This document shows, piece after piece, positions 1 to 8,420 of a stretch of DNA of 64,000 nt; positions within the stretch are counted from its first letter, which is position 1; each line of letters opens with the position of its first letter. The stretch lies in the NCBI GenBank assembly GCA_016183065.1, contig JACPFF010000006.1:43578-107577 (forward strand), in the 5' to 3' direction. Under the pieces are notes generated by a model. The model made no database searches. It was not told the origin of the DNA and worked only from the letters and a program-made list of their open reading frames with translations. The position numbers and the translations under genes are program-made. This stretch comes from Deltaproteobacteria bacterium (GTDB lineage Bacteria > UBA10199 > GCA-002796325 > JACPFF01).

Positions 1-1
1 G

Positions 2-469
2 ACGCCCGTCCAATGGGCGCGCCGTGCCAAGCGGGCCGCGTGGTTACCCAGGCTGCAACTCGGGACACGCTACGGTTTTCGCGACGACTTGCAGCTCGAT
101 CTCGACGACTCGGTCTCGGTGAGTGGGAGTGGGGTGGTGATCGGGCCACGCACGAGCGATTTCATGTCCAAAAATAATCGGCAATGGCAGTTCGATCTCC
201 ACGCCCTCTGGGATCTCAACGAACTGATGTTTACGCCAGACGTCATTTACATCAGTCGAGAGGCCCGTGAGCGGCGCAAAGAACTCCGGGGAGTGCTGCA
301 GGAGGCGAATCGACTCTACGCCCAATGGCGCGCCCTTGCGGCCATGCAGTTGGCGCAGACCAACGGGACCATCGTCAGTGAGCTCGACTTTCTCACCGCG
401 GAACTCGATGCGCTGACCGGCGGATGGTTTTCGAAATCACTGGCGGAAATTGCGGGGAGGCGTTCATGA
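2..469 (+). CDS. hypothetical protein, 3' fragment (5' end outside window)
   Basis: Frame 2 is open from nt 2 to TGA 467-469, although the track lists it only from 89. It forms an ATGA overlap with the next gene. No family recognised. Confidence 0.4.
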   Translation, partial: TPVQWARRAKRAAWLPRLQLGTRYGFRDDLQLDLDDSVSVSGSGVVIGPRTSDFMSKNNRQWQFDLHALWDLNELMFTPDVIYISREARERRKELRGVLQEANRLYAQWRALAAMQLAQTNGTIVSELDFLTAELDALTGGWFSKSLAEIAGRRS

Positions 470-1599
470 AGCGATATGGTCTGGTGGGAATCCTGGTTTT
501 GCTGGCGGGGTGCGGCATGTTGCCGTTTGGGCAGCCGGGCGATTTGGTCAGTCGACAACCGACGGTCGTCGATATTGCGCCAGCCGCTGGTGCGGCAATT
601 GCCCACGATGCCGCGTGGGCAGTACAGTTTTCGCAGGCCATCAACCCGAAAAGCGTCCACGAGGATTCTCTTGTAGTGTATGGGCCGTTGAAGGATGCCA
701 CCACGGAAGAAGAGGTCACGGCAAAATGGGAGGCCTTTGTCCATGGTGACGTGCCGTTGCAATTTCTCTGGTCTGAAGACCATTACAGCCTGCAGCTATT
801 GCCAGGGACACCATTGCCGGTCGGGATGGTTGCGCTTTTCATTTCGGGTGCCATCTATTCAGCAGAGGGCATTCCATTGTCGCAGAGCCCTGGCGTAGGG
901 AGTCGGCCGTTTGTGGCCTTTTTCACGGTCAGCAAGGAAGGCGTCCTTTCGGATGGAGACGATAGCGTCTTCTCTGCGAGTGGGGAGTCCGTCCAGCCGA
1001 TCGGTGAAAACAGTCAGGCAAGCCCAGTCAGCGGTGCAGCGACTGCTGATACGGCTGGGTCTTCCACCCCTCCAGAGCAATTGATGCTCAACGAAGTGCT
1101 CTACGATGTCCCAGGAAGCGATACCGATGGCGTCCTCTTCATCGAACTCCATGGGACGCCCCAGGGCAACATTGGTGGATACGTGATTCGCTGTGTGAAT
1201 GGCGATGGTGGTGGGGTGACGGAGACCATTGTGTTACCAGACGATGCTGTCATCCCCGACGACGGCGTCTTTGTCATTGCCGATGCCTCGACCGGTTCCC
1301 CCGGTGTGACGGCGGTACCCAACGCGGATTGGGTGGCCAACTTTGATCCCCAAAATGGTCCCGATGCCGTGCAGCTCCTTGCACCAGATGGGAGTGTGGT
1401 CGATGTCATCGGCTATGGTACGCCCCTGCCACTCCACGATGCCGACGGGCTCCCCATGTATGAAAGTCAGCCTGGTCCCGACGCACCATCCGGGAGCAGT
1501 CTGAGTCGCCGCGAGGGAGTTGATACCAACGATAATACATTGGATTTATTCGTGAATTCAGTGCCAACCCCCGGTGTTATGGATAGTGATATGCAATAA
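466..1599 (+). CDS. secreted lipoprotein with an Ig-like (SbsA/Big_5-type) region and a C-terminal lamin-tail domain (LTD)
   Basis: Track ORF 424..1599. ATG 466 is preceded by GGGGAGG (454-460). MKRYGLVGILVLLAGC is a lipobox. LMLNEVLYDVPGSDTDGVLFIELHG ... DAVQLLAPDGSVVDVIGYG fits the LTD pattern. Confidence 0.75.
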   Translation: MKRYGLVGILVLLAGCGMLPFGQPGDLVSRQPTVVDIAPAAGAAIAHDAAWAVQFSQAINPKSVHEDSLVVYGPLKDATTEEEVTAKWEAFVHGDVPLQFLWSEDHYSLQLLPGTPLPVGMVALFISGAIYSAEGIPLSQSPGVGSRPFVAFFTVSKEGVLSDGDDSVFSASGESVQPIGENSQASPVSGAATADTAGSSTPPEQLMLNEVLYDVPGSDTDGVLFIELHGTPQGNIGGYVIRCVNGDGGGVTETIVLPDDAVIPDDGVFVIADASTGSPGVTAVPNADWVANFDPQNGPDAVQLLAPDGSVVDVIGYGTPLPLHDADGLPMYESQPGPDAPSGSSLSRREGVDTNDNTLDLFVNSVPTPGVMDSDMQ

Positions 1600-1611
1600 G
1601 AGTTGAAAAAG

Positions 1612-1638
1612 TATGAAATATGTATAATATATTTCATA
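1612..1638 (+). promoter_or_regulatory. perfect 10-bp inverted repeat flanking a TATAAT box; candidate vapBC operator/promoter
   Basis: TATGAAATAT (1612-1621) and ATATTTCATA (1629-1638) are exact reverse complements. The spacer GTATAAT contains TATAAT at 1623-1628. The right arm ends in the A of ATG 1638. Confidence 0.45.
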
Positions 1639-1844
1639 TGCGAACAACTATCCAGCTTTCAGAGGAACTCTTGCAGCATGTCATGAAAGAGACCGGCGCG
1701 AAGACGATGACGCAGGCGATTCGAGAGGCCCTCCAGGAATATCTCGAAGGGCGAAAACGCCGACGGCTCATTGCGAGCTTTGGCCAGTATAAGGACTGGC
1801 AACCCGACATTCGGCGGATGCGGAGAGATCGTGATCTTGGTTGA
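1638..1844 (+). CDS. vapB: type II antitoxin, VapB-like (small DNA-binding antitoxin)
   Basis: Track ORF 1620..1844. MRTTIQLSEELLQHVMKETGAKTMTQAIREAL resembles VapB/DUF2191-type antitoxins. It overlaps the downstream PIN gene by 14 nt. I prefer ATG 1638 because the -10-like box lies at 1623-1628; ATG 1620 is the alternative. Confidence 0.7.
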   Translation: MRTTIQLSEELLQHVMKETGAKTMTQAIREALQEYLEGRKRRRLIASFGQYKDWQPDIRRMRRDRDLG

Positions 1845-2265
1845 TTCGAGTGTCTGGATTGCGGCCTGGCGGGGGAGTGACGCAGAGACTGTCGCGCAAC
1901 TCACACAGCTGATCGAAAGGGAAACGGTCGCGATCAATTGGCTCATCCGCACCGAGTTACTCCAAGGGGCGCGCGATCGTACCCATGCCCGCACAGTGCA
2001 GCGCCTGCTGGAACCGATCCCTGTGATCCCGTTTCCAGATGCACTCTGGGATGCCGCGCCAGGGTTCTATCTGGAGTGCCGTCAGGCCGGTGTGACGCTG
2101 ACAACGATCGATTCCCTGATTGCGACGCATGTCAAGGTCGCGCGCTACCAACTCTGGAGCCTTGACCACATATTCACAAAGATCCCCCATTTTTCCTCAC
2201 ATGCGTATGACGGATGCTCGAACAGCCACAGGAATGCCGCGATGTTGACCCGCCGCTCACGATGA
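1831..2265 (+). CDS. vapC: PIN-domain ribonuclease toxin VapC
   Basis: Track ORF 1771..2265. GTG 1831 gives VILVDSSVWI..., a typical PIN N-terminus. Acidic residues in DSS, RTELLQG and TIDSLIA have PIN-like spacing. Confidence 0.8.
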   Translation: MILVDSSVWIAAWRGSDAETVAQLTQLIERETVAINWLIRTELLQGARDRTHARTVQRLLEPIPVIPFPDALWDAAPGFYLECRQAGVTLTTIDSLIATHVKVARYQLWSLDHIFTKIPHFSSHAYDGCSNSHRNAAMLTRRSR

Positions 2266-2289
2266 TTGCCTCTCCGATGTTGTCCAAGG

Positions 2290-3135
2290 TTATGCGAGGA
2301 CGCTGCCAAGCAGAAAGACGATGCTGATCCAGCCGTTCACGGTGAAAAAGGCGGCATTCAGCCGGGAGAGGTCCGTGGGACGGATCAGCAGGTGTTCAAC
2401 AACGAGTGCCGCGCCAATCACCGCACATCCAAGGAAATAGGCCGCCTGCAGGTGCACGAGGAGGCCGAAGCCGGCAAAGGCCCCGATTGTACAGACGTGC
2501 AGCCCGCGTGCGACAACCAAGGCCCGGACCACGCCGAGGCGCGCTGGAATGGAGTGCAGGCCATGCGCCCGATCGAAATCGACATCCGCCAGGGCATAGA
2601 GGATATCGAACCCCGCCACCCAGCAGGTGACACCGCATCCAAGGAGGAGAAAGGGGAGTGTGATGGTTCCCGCAACGGCGACCTGTGCACCAATCGGTGC
2701 GAGTCCCAGTGCTGCGCCGAGCACGAGATGGGAAAAACTCGTGTATCGTTTCATCAACGAGTATCCGCAGATGATGCACAGGGCGATCGGAGCCAAGCCG
2801 ATGGCGAGCGGATTGATCATGGCGCAACAGAGGAGAAACGCGAGTGCGCCGAGAAGGGCGAGGCCGGCCATATAGCGCGGCGAGAGCCGGCCATCGACGG
2901 ACGGGCGGTTTTGCGTGCGCGGATTGAGTGCGTCAAAACGGCGGTCGACGAGACGGTTGAAGGCCATGGCTGTGGTGCGGGCCGTGATCATGGCGAGGAG
3001 GATCAGGAGGAAGAGGCGGGTGCCCGGCCATCCCTTCGCCGCAATCCACACGGCGGCCAACGCAAAGGGGAGCGCGAAAAGGGTGTGGGAGAATCTGATT
3101 AATTCCAGCGTGTGATGGACGACGTGCCGAGTCAT
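2290..3135 (-). CDS. ubiA: UbiA-family aromatic prenyltransferase (4-hydroxybenzoate/DHNA-type, MqnP-like)
   Basis: Track ORF 2290..3147. Contains the NRLVDRRFDALN motif (NxxxDxxxD) and is multi-TM. ATG 3133-3135 forms an ATGA overlap with the ubiX stop. Confidence 0.85.
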   Translation of the reverse strand: MTRHVVHHTLELIRFSHTLFALPFALAAVWIAAKGWPGTRLFLLILLAMITARTTAMAFNRLVDRRFDALNPRTQNRPSVDGRLSPRYMAGLALLGALAFLLCCAMINPLAIGLAPIALCIICGYSLMKRYTSFSHLVLGAALGLAPIGAQVAVAGTITLPFLLLGCGVTCWVAGFDILYALADVDFDRAHGLHSIPARLGVVRALVVARGLHVCTIGAFAGFGLLVHLQAAYFLGCAVIGAALVVEHLLIRPTDLSRLNAAFFTVNGWISIVFLLGSVLA

Positions 3136-3704
3136 GACGCGCCCCACCGCCCGGTGTGCGGCTGGTATGGAATCCCGAGGTGGTCAACGATGCGCGCGAC
3201 CACCGTGTCCACGGCCGCTTCGATGCTCGCGGGGCGACCGTAGAAGGATGGTGACGCCGGGAGGACAACGGCACCGGCATCCGTGAGTCGCAGCATGTTC
3301 TCCAAGTGGACGCGGCTGTACGGAGTCTCGCGCGGAACTACGATGAGTTGCCGCCGTTCCTTCAGGCAGACATCGGCCGTGCGGGCGATGAGATCTTCGG
3401 CCGTGCCGTGCGCGATGCGTCCGAGCATTCCCATGCTGCAGGGAATGATGACGCACGCATCGCAGGCATTGGATCCGCTGGCAAACGGGACGTCAAAGTT
3501 GTGGACGTCATATTGGGGGCAATCGACCGCCGCAGGGTCACTCCCCAGTTCGTCCTGCCAGATCCGGCGGGCATGCGCGGAAAATATCACGGCGATGTCA
3601 TGCGTGGTCGCGACCAAAATATCGAGGAGCTGTCGGGCATAAATCGACCCCGATGCGCCGCCGACGCCCACCACAATGCGCCGCTCTTTCCGGTGTGCGC
3701 TCAT
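3132..3704 (-). CDS. ubiX: UbiX/Pad1-family flavin prenyltransferase
   Basis: 190 aa. RIVVGVGGASGSIYA ... IIPCSMGMLGRIAHG is typical of UbiX. ATGA overlaps at both ends. Confidence 0.9.
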   Translation of the reverse strand: MSAHRKERRIVVGVGGASGSIYARQLLDILVATTHDIAVIFSAHARRIWQDELGSDPAAVDCPQYDVHNFDVPFASGSNACDACVIIPCSMGMLGRIAHGTAEDLIARTADVCLKERRQLIVVPRETPYSRVHLENMLRLTDAGAVVLPASPSFYGRPASIEAAVDTVVARIVDHLGIPYQPHTGRWGAS

Positions 3705-4387
3705 GCGATCTTTCGTGCGACGATGAGATGCGCGATGCCGCCGGAGAGCGGGTCCGATCGCGTCACGTCAAAGCCGTGCGTGTGGAGCAATGCCCGATAG
3801 GCCGCGACCGGATAAAAGGCGAGCGTCGATTCGTGAAGATATCGGTAGGCCTGCGGCCGCTTTGAGATCCATCCGCCGAGCCATGGAATGACAAATCGCC
3901 CATAGGTGGCCGCAAAGAGCCGCGAACGCCACGTCGTTGGTCGAAAAAAATCGAGGATGACCAGTACACCATCCGGGGTGAGGACGCGAGCGAGTTCCGA
4001 GAGGCTCTTCCCCTGGTCGGGGATATTCCGCATCCCAAAGGCACAGAGGGTGGCATCGACCGAGGCATCCGGGAGAGAGAGTGCCTGAGCGTCTTCACAT
4101 TTGCAGGTGACTTGCGGCCAGAAGACCCGCGGAATTTTTTTCAGACCGAGATCGAGCATGGCCTGGCTGAAATCAACGGCGGTGATCCGTGCATGGGGAA
4201 AGCGCTGCAGGAGCGTCTGGGTCATGTCGAGGGTGCCGGCGCACAGATCGAGGACGTGGAGATTGAGACGCATCCCGATCGCCTCGACAGCGCGTCTACG
4301 CCATGTCGCATCGCGGGAGAAGCTGAGCCACCGGTTGAGTGTGTCGTAACTCGGGGCGATATCGGTAAACATCTCGGCAATATTCAT
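3701..4387 (-). CDS. ubiE: demethylmenaquinone/ubiquinone C-methyltransferase (UbiE/MenG family)
   Basis: Track ORF 3701..4492. The internal ATG (4385-4387) gives MNIAEMFTDIAPSYDTLNRWLSF, a UbiE-like N-terminus. SAM motif VLDLCAGTLD. ATGA overlap with the ubiD stop. Confidence 0.85.
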   Translation of the reverse strand: MNIAEMFTDIAPSYDTLNRWLSFSRDATWRRRAVEAIGMRLNLHVLDLCAGTLDMTQTLLQRFPHARITAVDFSQAMLDLGLKKIPRVFWPQVTCKCEDAQALSLPDASVDATLCAFGMRNIPDQGKSLSELARVLTPDGVLVILDFFRPTTWRSRLFAATYGRFVIPWLGGWISKRPQAYRYLHESTLAFYPVAAYRALLHTHGFDVTRSDPLSGGIAHLIVARKIA

Positions 4388-5859
4388 CGCGGTGCTCCGT
4401 GTGCCGCCGTGGCTGGTGTCAGGCCGAGACGGTCCCAGAGGGCATCGATCCGGTGCCGTGTCCCGACATCCATCATGATGTCGGGCGGCCATGGCCGGTA
4501 ATGCGCCTCCCCGGGGATCTTCCGCGTTCCGTCGATCCCCATTTTGGAGCCGACCAGTGCCTGCGGAGCCGCGTGATCGAGGGCATCAACGGGGCCGTCG
4601 GTGAAGAGGACGTCACGTCGCGGGTCGATATTGTTTGTCACGCGCCAGAGCACTTCGGCAGCGTTGTGCGGATTGACATCATGATCGACCACAATAATCG
4701 TTTTCGAGAACATCAGTTGTCCGGTCCCCCACAGCGTGTGCATGATTTTGTGCGCATGGCCCGGATACAGTTTCTTGATCGCGACAATCGCCAGGTTGTG
4801 AAAACAGGCCTCTACCGGGAGATTCAGATCCACCAGCTCCGGGAGTTGCATGGTGAGCAGGGGGAGTGAGAGGCGTTCAACGGCCTTTCCCATCCACCCA
4901 TCTTCCATGGGCGGGCGACCGACGATGGTCGTGAGATAGAGAGGATGCCGGCGATGGGTGATGGCGGTCACGTGAAAGACCGGATAGGGCTCCTGCAGAG
5001 TATAATACCCGGTATGATCGCCAAAAGGGCCTTCGTCGCGGAGCGGTTCCGTCGGATCAACATAGCCCTCAATGACAAAATCGCACTCCGCCGGGACCTC
5101 CAGCGGAATGGTGAGACATGGAACCAGATCGACCGGCTTGCGACGCAAGAGTCCGGCAATCATCAATTCATCCACGCCGTCCGGGAGCGGGGCGCAGGCG
5201 GTCCACGTTAGGATGGGATCGCCGCCAATGGCAACCGCCACAGGCATCCGCTCCCGGCGTTCCTTGTAATATTGATAGTGCCGCGCGCCGACCTTGTGGA
5301 TCTGCCAATGCATCCCTGTTGTGGTACGGTCATAGATCTGCATGCGGTAGATACCGACGTTGCGCAGTCCCGACACCGGATCTTTGGTGATGACCATGGG
5401 AAACGTGATGAAAGGACCCCCATCGTCGGGCCAACAGGTGAGGATCGGGAGCCGGGTGAGATCGGGCGGCGTCATCCGGACGTCTTGGCAGGGCGCATGT
5501 TTTGTGGGGCGTGGCATGTAGGAACCGAACTTGGCGAGTTTGGGGAGCATCTGCAATTTTTCGAGGAAAGAGCTCGGGGGTGTCGTCTTGACGAAGGCCT
5601 CGACTTCCCGTGCAGCGGCTGCCAACGAATCGGCCCCGAGAATCTGCGCCATGCGGGCCTCGCTGCCAAAGAGGTTGATGGCCACGGGAAAGTCCGAGCC
5701 TTTCACATTTTCGAAGAGGAGTGCCGGACCGCCAGCCTTCACCACACGATCGGCAATTTCCGTGATTTCGCATCGCGGATCGACCAGCTCCCGAATACGG
5801 ACCAATGTCCGGCGCTCTTCGAACGCGCAAATGGCATCGTGGAGACTATTGAAGGCCAT
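4384..5859 (-). CDS. ubiD: UbiD-family (prenyl-FMN dependent) decarboxylase, menaquinone biosynthesis type
   Basis: 491 aa with UbiD signatures including EGPFGDHTGYY. Confidence 0.9.
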   Translation of the reverse strand: MAFNSLHDAICAFEERRTLVRIRELVDPRCEITEIADRVVKAGGPALLFENVKGSDFPVAINLFGSEARMAQILGADSLAAAAREVEAFVKTTPPSSFLEKLQMLPKLAKFGSYMPRPTKHAPCQDVRMTPPDLTRLPILTCWPDDGGPFITFPMVITKDPVSGLRNVGIYRMQIYDRTTTGMHWQIHKVGARHYQYYKERRERMPVAVAIGGDPILTWTACAPLPDGVDELMIAGLLRRKPVDLVPCLTIPLEVPAECDFVIEGYVDPTEPLRDEGPFGDHTGYYTLQEPYPVFHVTAITHRRHPLYLTTIVGRPPMEDGWMGKAVERLSLPLLTMQLPELVDLNLPVEACFHNLAIVAIKKLYPGHAHKIMHTLWGTGQLMFSKTIIVVDHDVNPHNAAEVLWRVTNNIDPRRDVLFTDGPVDALDHAAPQALVGSKMGIDGTRKIPGEAHYRPWPPDIMMDVGTRHRIDALWDRLGLTPATAAHGAPR

Positions 5860-7075
5860 GATAGTTCTTTCCTCTCACCAGGCGGCCGCCGATAACCACC
5901 ATCGTCGCCGTCTCCGCCGAGAAAATTGCCTCGTACGGATCCTTCGGCATCTGCCGCGGCGCCGGGATGGCGATACAATCCCCCCGCATGCCAACGGTCA
6001 GTGTCCCCCGATCGTTCAACCACAGTGCCGCTGCAGCCACTGTGGTGGCGGTGGCCAACAGGTCACGCGGAGCAGCGTGGGGATACTTCTGGCGCAGAAG
6101 ACGGAGTTCCGTCAACATATTCAATCGGGCGGTGCATGGATGACCGTCAGTCCCCAGGGCCACTGGAATACCGGCGGCGCACAATCGTTCGAAGGGAAAC
6201 GGGGCATGGTCAAAGTAGGCATGGCTTTGCGGAGAGTGGACCACGGTGATATCGGCGGCCTTCATGGCGATCATGTCGGCCGCTGTCAGATAATTTGCAT
6301 GGATGAGGAGGCTCCGTCGTGGCAGGCCGCCGTGCCGCCGGAGATAGTCGACCGGGGAATCTACCGGGGGACCGTATTCGTACCCATATTCGACCATGCG
6401 TGTGGCAAGCGGGCCGCGGTGTGTGGTGAAGAGTTCCACCTCTTCACGGCTCTCCGCGCAATGGATGGCGAGCGGGCCCTGCGGATCTCCCTCATGTTGC
6501 AGCAGGAGGGTCTGCAAGGTCTCACGGTCGAGGGTGTGTGCGGCGTGCGGGGTCACTCCCCACTCCCAGCCCGGAGTGTACGGGCGCACACAGGCAATCT
6601 CTGCACGGAGGGCGGCCTGACGTGCAGCGGCCGCTCCCGGGCCATTCGCGATCAGTTCACAGAAGGCGCGACCCGTGAACGGCGTGGTCTGGAGCTGCGC
6701 GAGCATGCGCAGATCCCCGACATAATCGCCGAGCGTGGTGGTTCCTCCCGCCAGGAGCTCTGCGGTCGCCTGTGCGACCCCCTGCGCGAGCGCTTCAGCC
6801 GTCATCTGGCGTCGAAAGGCCGTGACGGCATCGACCCACTCGGTAAAGGTCGGTGGAGAGGGGAGTGGTGCGGCCGTCATGCTAAGATCGAGATGACAAT
6901 GCGGATTGACCAGCCCGGGGAGGAGAATCGATCTGCCGAGATCGTGCACGACTTCGCCAGTCTGGGGTGCCAGTCCGCGACCGATCTCCACAATACGGTC
7001 CCCTGCAATGCGGAGCGCCCCACGGGGAATCGCCTCCCCCTGGCCGGGAAGAATGTAGGCGGCCTGCAAGAACAT
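5846..7075 (-). CDS. metal-dependent amidohydrolase (nucleoside/aminofutalosine deaminase-like)
   Basis: Track ORF 5846..7114. Contains PGLVNPHCHLD (HxH metal site). ATG 7073-7075 gives MFLQAAYILPG. The deaminase role is inferred from adjacency to the mqn-type genes. Confidence 0.75.
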   Translation of the reverse strand: MFLQAAYILPGQGEAIPRGALRIAGDRIVEIGRGLAPQTGEVVHDLGRSILLPGLVNPHCHLDLSMTAAPLPSPPTFTEWVDAVTAFRRQMTAEALAQGVAQATAELLAGGTTTLGDYVGDLRMLAQLQTTPFTGRAFCELIANGPGAAAARQAALRAEIACVRPYTPGWEWGVTPHAAHTLDRETLQTLLLQHEGDPQGPLAIHCAESREEVELFTTHRGPLATRMVEYGYEYGPPVDSPVDYLRRHGGLPRRSLLIHANYLTAADMIAMKAADITVVHSPQSHAYFDHAPFPFERLCAAGIPVALGTDGHPCTARLNMLTELRLLRQKYPHAAPRDLLATATTVAAAALWLNDRGTLTVGMRGDCIAIPAPRQMPKDPYEAIFSAETATMVVIGGRLVRGKNYHGLQ

Positions 7076-7229
7076 CGTGAAAGAACTCAAAACATAGGTC
7101 GTGGAACCATTCAATCAATTTCGGTGCTGAAGACTTGGGAGGTGTCGTCAACTCGATTACGGTGGGAAAGTGTAGTACAGTGACTATTAGTTAGCATATT
7201 ATCATAACTTCTGATAACTTCCCTATACT

Positions 7230-8420
7230 ATGGATCCGCGGACGAATCCCTATGCCCCAGGCGCAGGAACAATTCCTCCTGAATTAACAGGGCGTGATGA
7301 AATTCTTGAAAAGGGAGCCATTGCGTTAGATCGATGTCGAAATGGCCTTTCGTCCCGTGGCCTCTTGTTGGTCGGTCTGCGAGGCGTGGGAAAAACCGTC
7401 TTGCTCACTCGTATCTCACGAGAGGCCGAAGCAAATGGTTTTGCTGTGGTTTCGATTGAAACACCAGAAAAGCGCTCACTACCGGCATTGCTCATCCCGA
7501 CCCTGAGAACTGTTCTGCTCAAACTCGATAAGGTGGTTGCCGCAGGAGATTTAGGGAAACGTGTATTGCGGGTCCTTGGTGGTTTTGTTGGAGCAATGAA
7601 GCTCAAGTACCACGATGTCGAATTTGGAGTAGATCTGGGAAATGAGCGGGGAGTCGCTGATTCAGGTGATCTAGAATACGACCTGGCGGCTCTTTTTACC
7701 GAAATAGGGAAAGTGGCAAAAGCAAAGAAGACCGCTCTGGTGCTTTTTATCGATGAAATTCAATATATAGAAGAAGAGCAATTTGCTGCACTGATTGTGG
7801 CTCTCCACAAATGTGCGCAGAACCAGCTCCCCGTTATCCTGATAGGCGCTGGTTTGCCACAGCTGGTCGGCCAAGCAGGACGCGCAAAATCTTACGCTGA
7901 GAGATTATTTGAATATCCCAAGATTGGGCCGTTGAGTCAGTCTGCAGCAAGAGAAGCACTTGAGGCACCTGCCGCAAAATTGAATATATTCTATCAAAAG
8001 AAAGCTCTGGATGATATTTTGTTTCAGACACAATCCTATCCATATTTTTTGCAAGAGTGGGGTAAGCACAGTTGGCAGTGCGCAAAACAATCTCCAATTA
8101 CTCCAAATGACGTACAATCTGCCACCGAGTTGGCCATTTCGGAACTTGACGCCAGTTTTTTTCGAGTGCGATTTGACCGTGTGACTCCAGCAGAAAAAAA
8201 ATACCTCCGCGCAATGGCGGAACTTGGTCCGGGGCCTCACAGATCAGGAGATATTGCGACTCTTCTACAGAGAGAAGTTCAGGCTGTTGCGCCCACTCGA
8301 GCGACACTCATTGGTAAAGGGATGATCTACAGTCCATCCCATGGAGACAATAGTTTCACAGTACCGTTATTCGATGGTTATATGAAACGGGTTATTCCAG
8401 ATTTCAACACGTCGTCCTGA
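7230..8420 (+). CDS. stand-alone AAA+ ATPase (ORC/Cdc6-like, AAA_16/Arch_ATPase-type) with a winged-helix-like C-terminus
   Basis: Walker A GLRGVGKTVLL and Walker B LVLFIDEIQY. AT-richer than the flanks. No Shine-Dalgarno sequence before the ATG. Confidence 0.8.
   Translation: MDPRTNPYAPGAGTIPPELTGRDEILEKGAIALDRCRNGLSSRGLLLVGLRGVGKTVLLTRISREAEANGFAVVSIETPEKRSLPALLIPTLRTVLLKLDKVVAAGDLGKRVLRVLGGFVGAMKLKYHDVEFGVDLGNERGVADSGDLEYDLAALFTEIGKVAKAKKTALVLFIDEIQYIEEEQFAALIVALHKCAQNQLPVILIGAGLPQLVGQAGRAKSYAERLFEYPKIGPLSQSAAREALEAPAAKLNIFYQKKALDDILFQTQSYPYFLQEWGKHSWQCAKQSPITPNDVQSATELAISELDASFFRVRFDRVTPAEKKYLRAMAELGPGPHRSGDIATLLQREVQAVAPTRATLIGKGMIYSPSHGDNSFTVPLFDGYMKRVIPDFNTSS

Noticed and set aside
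5531-7183. 550-aa plus-strand ORF. Similar long ORFs occur at 18402-20117(-), 20434-22338(-), 35096-36775(-), 42326-43969(-), 44380-45888(-), 47698-49206(+) and 61684-63177(+).
   Set aside because: Each lies antisense to a gene with unmistakable family motifs (amidohydrolase, OppA/B/C-like, rng, ligA, nadA/ruvX, uvrA, glgP). Their translations are Arg/Gly/Pro-rich and low-complexity, typical of shadow ORFs in stop-poor high-GC DNA.
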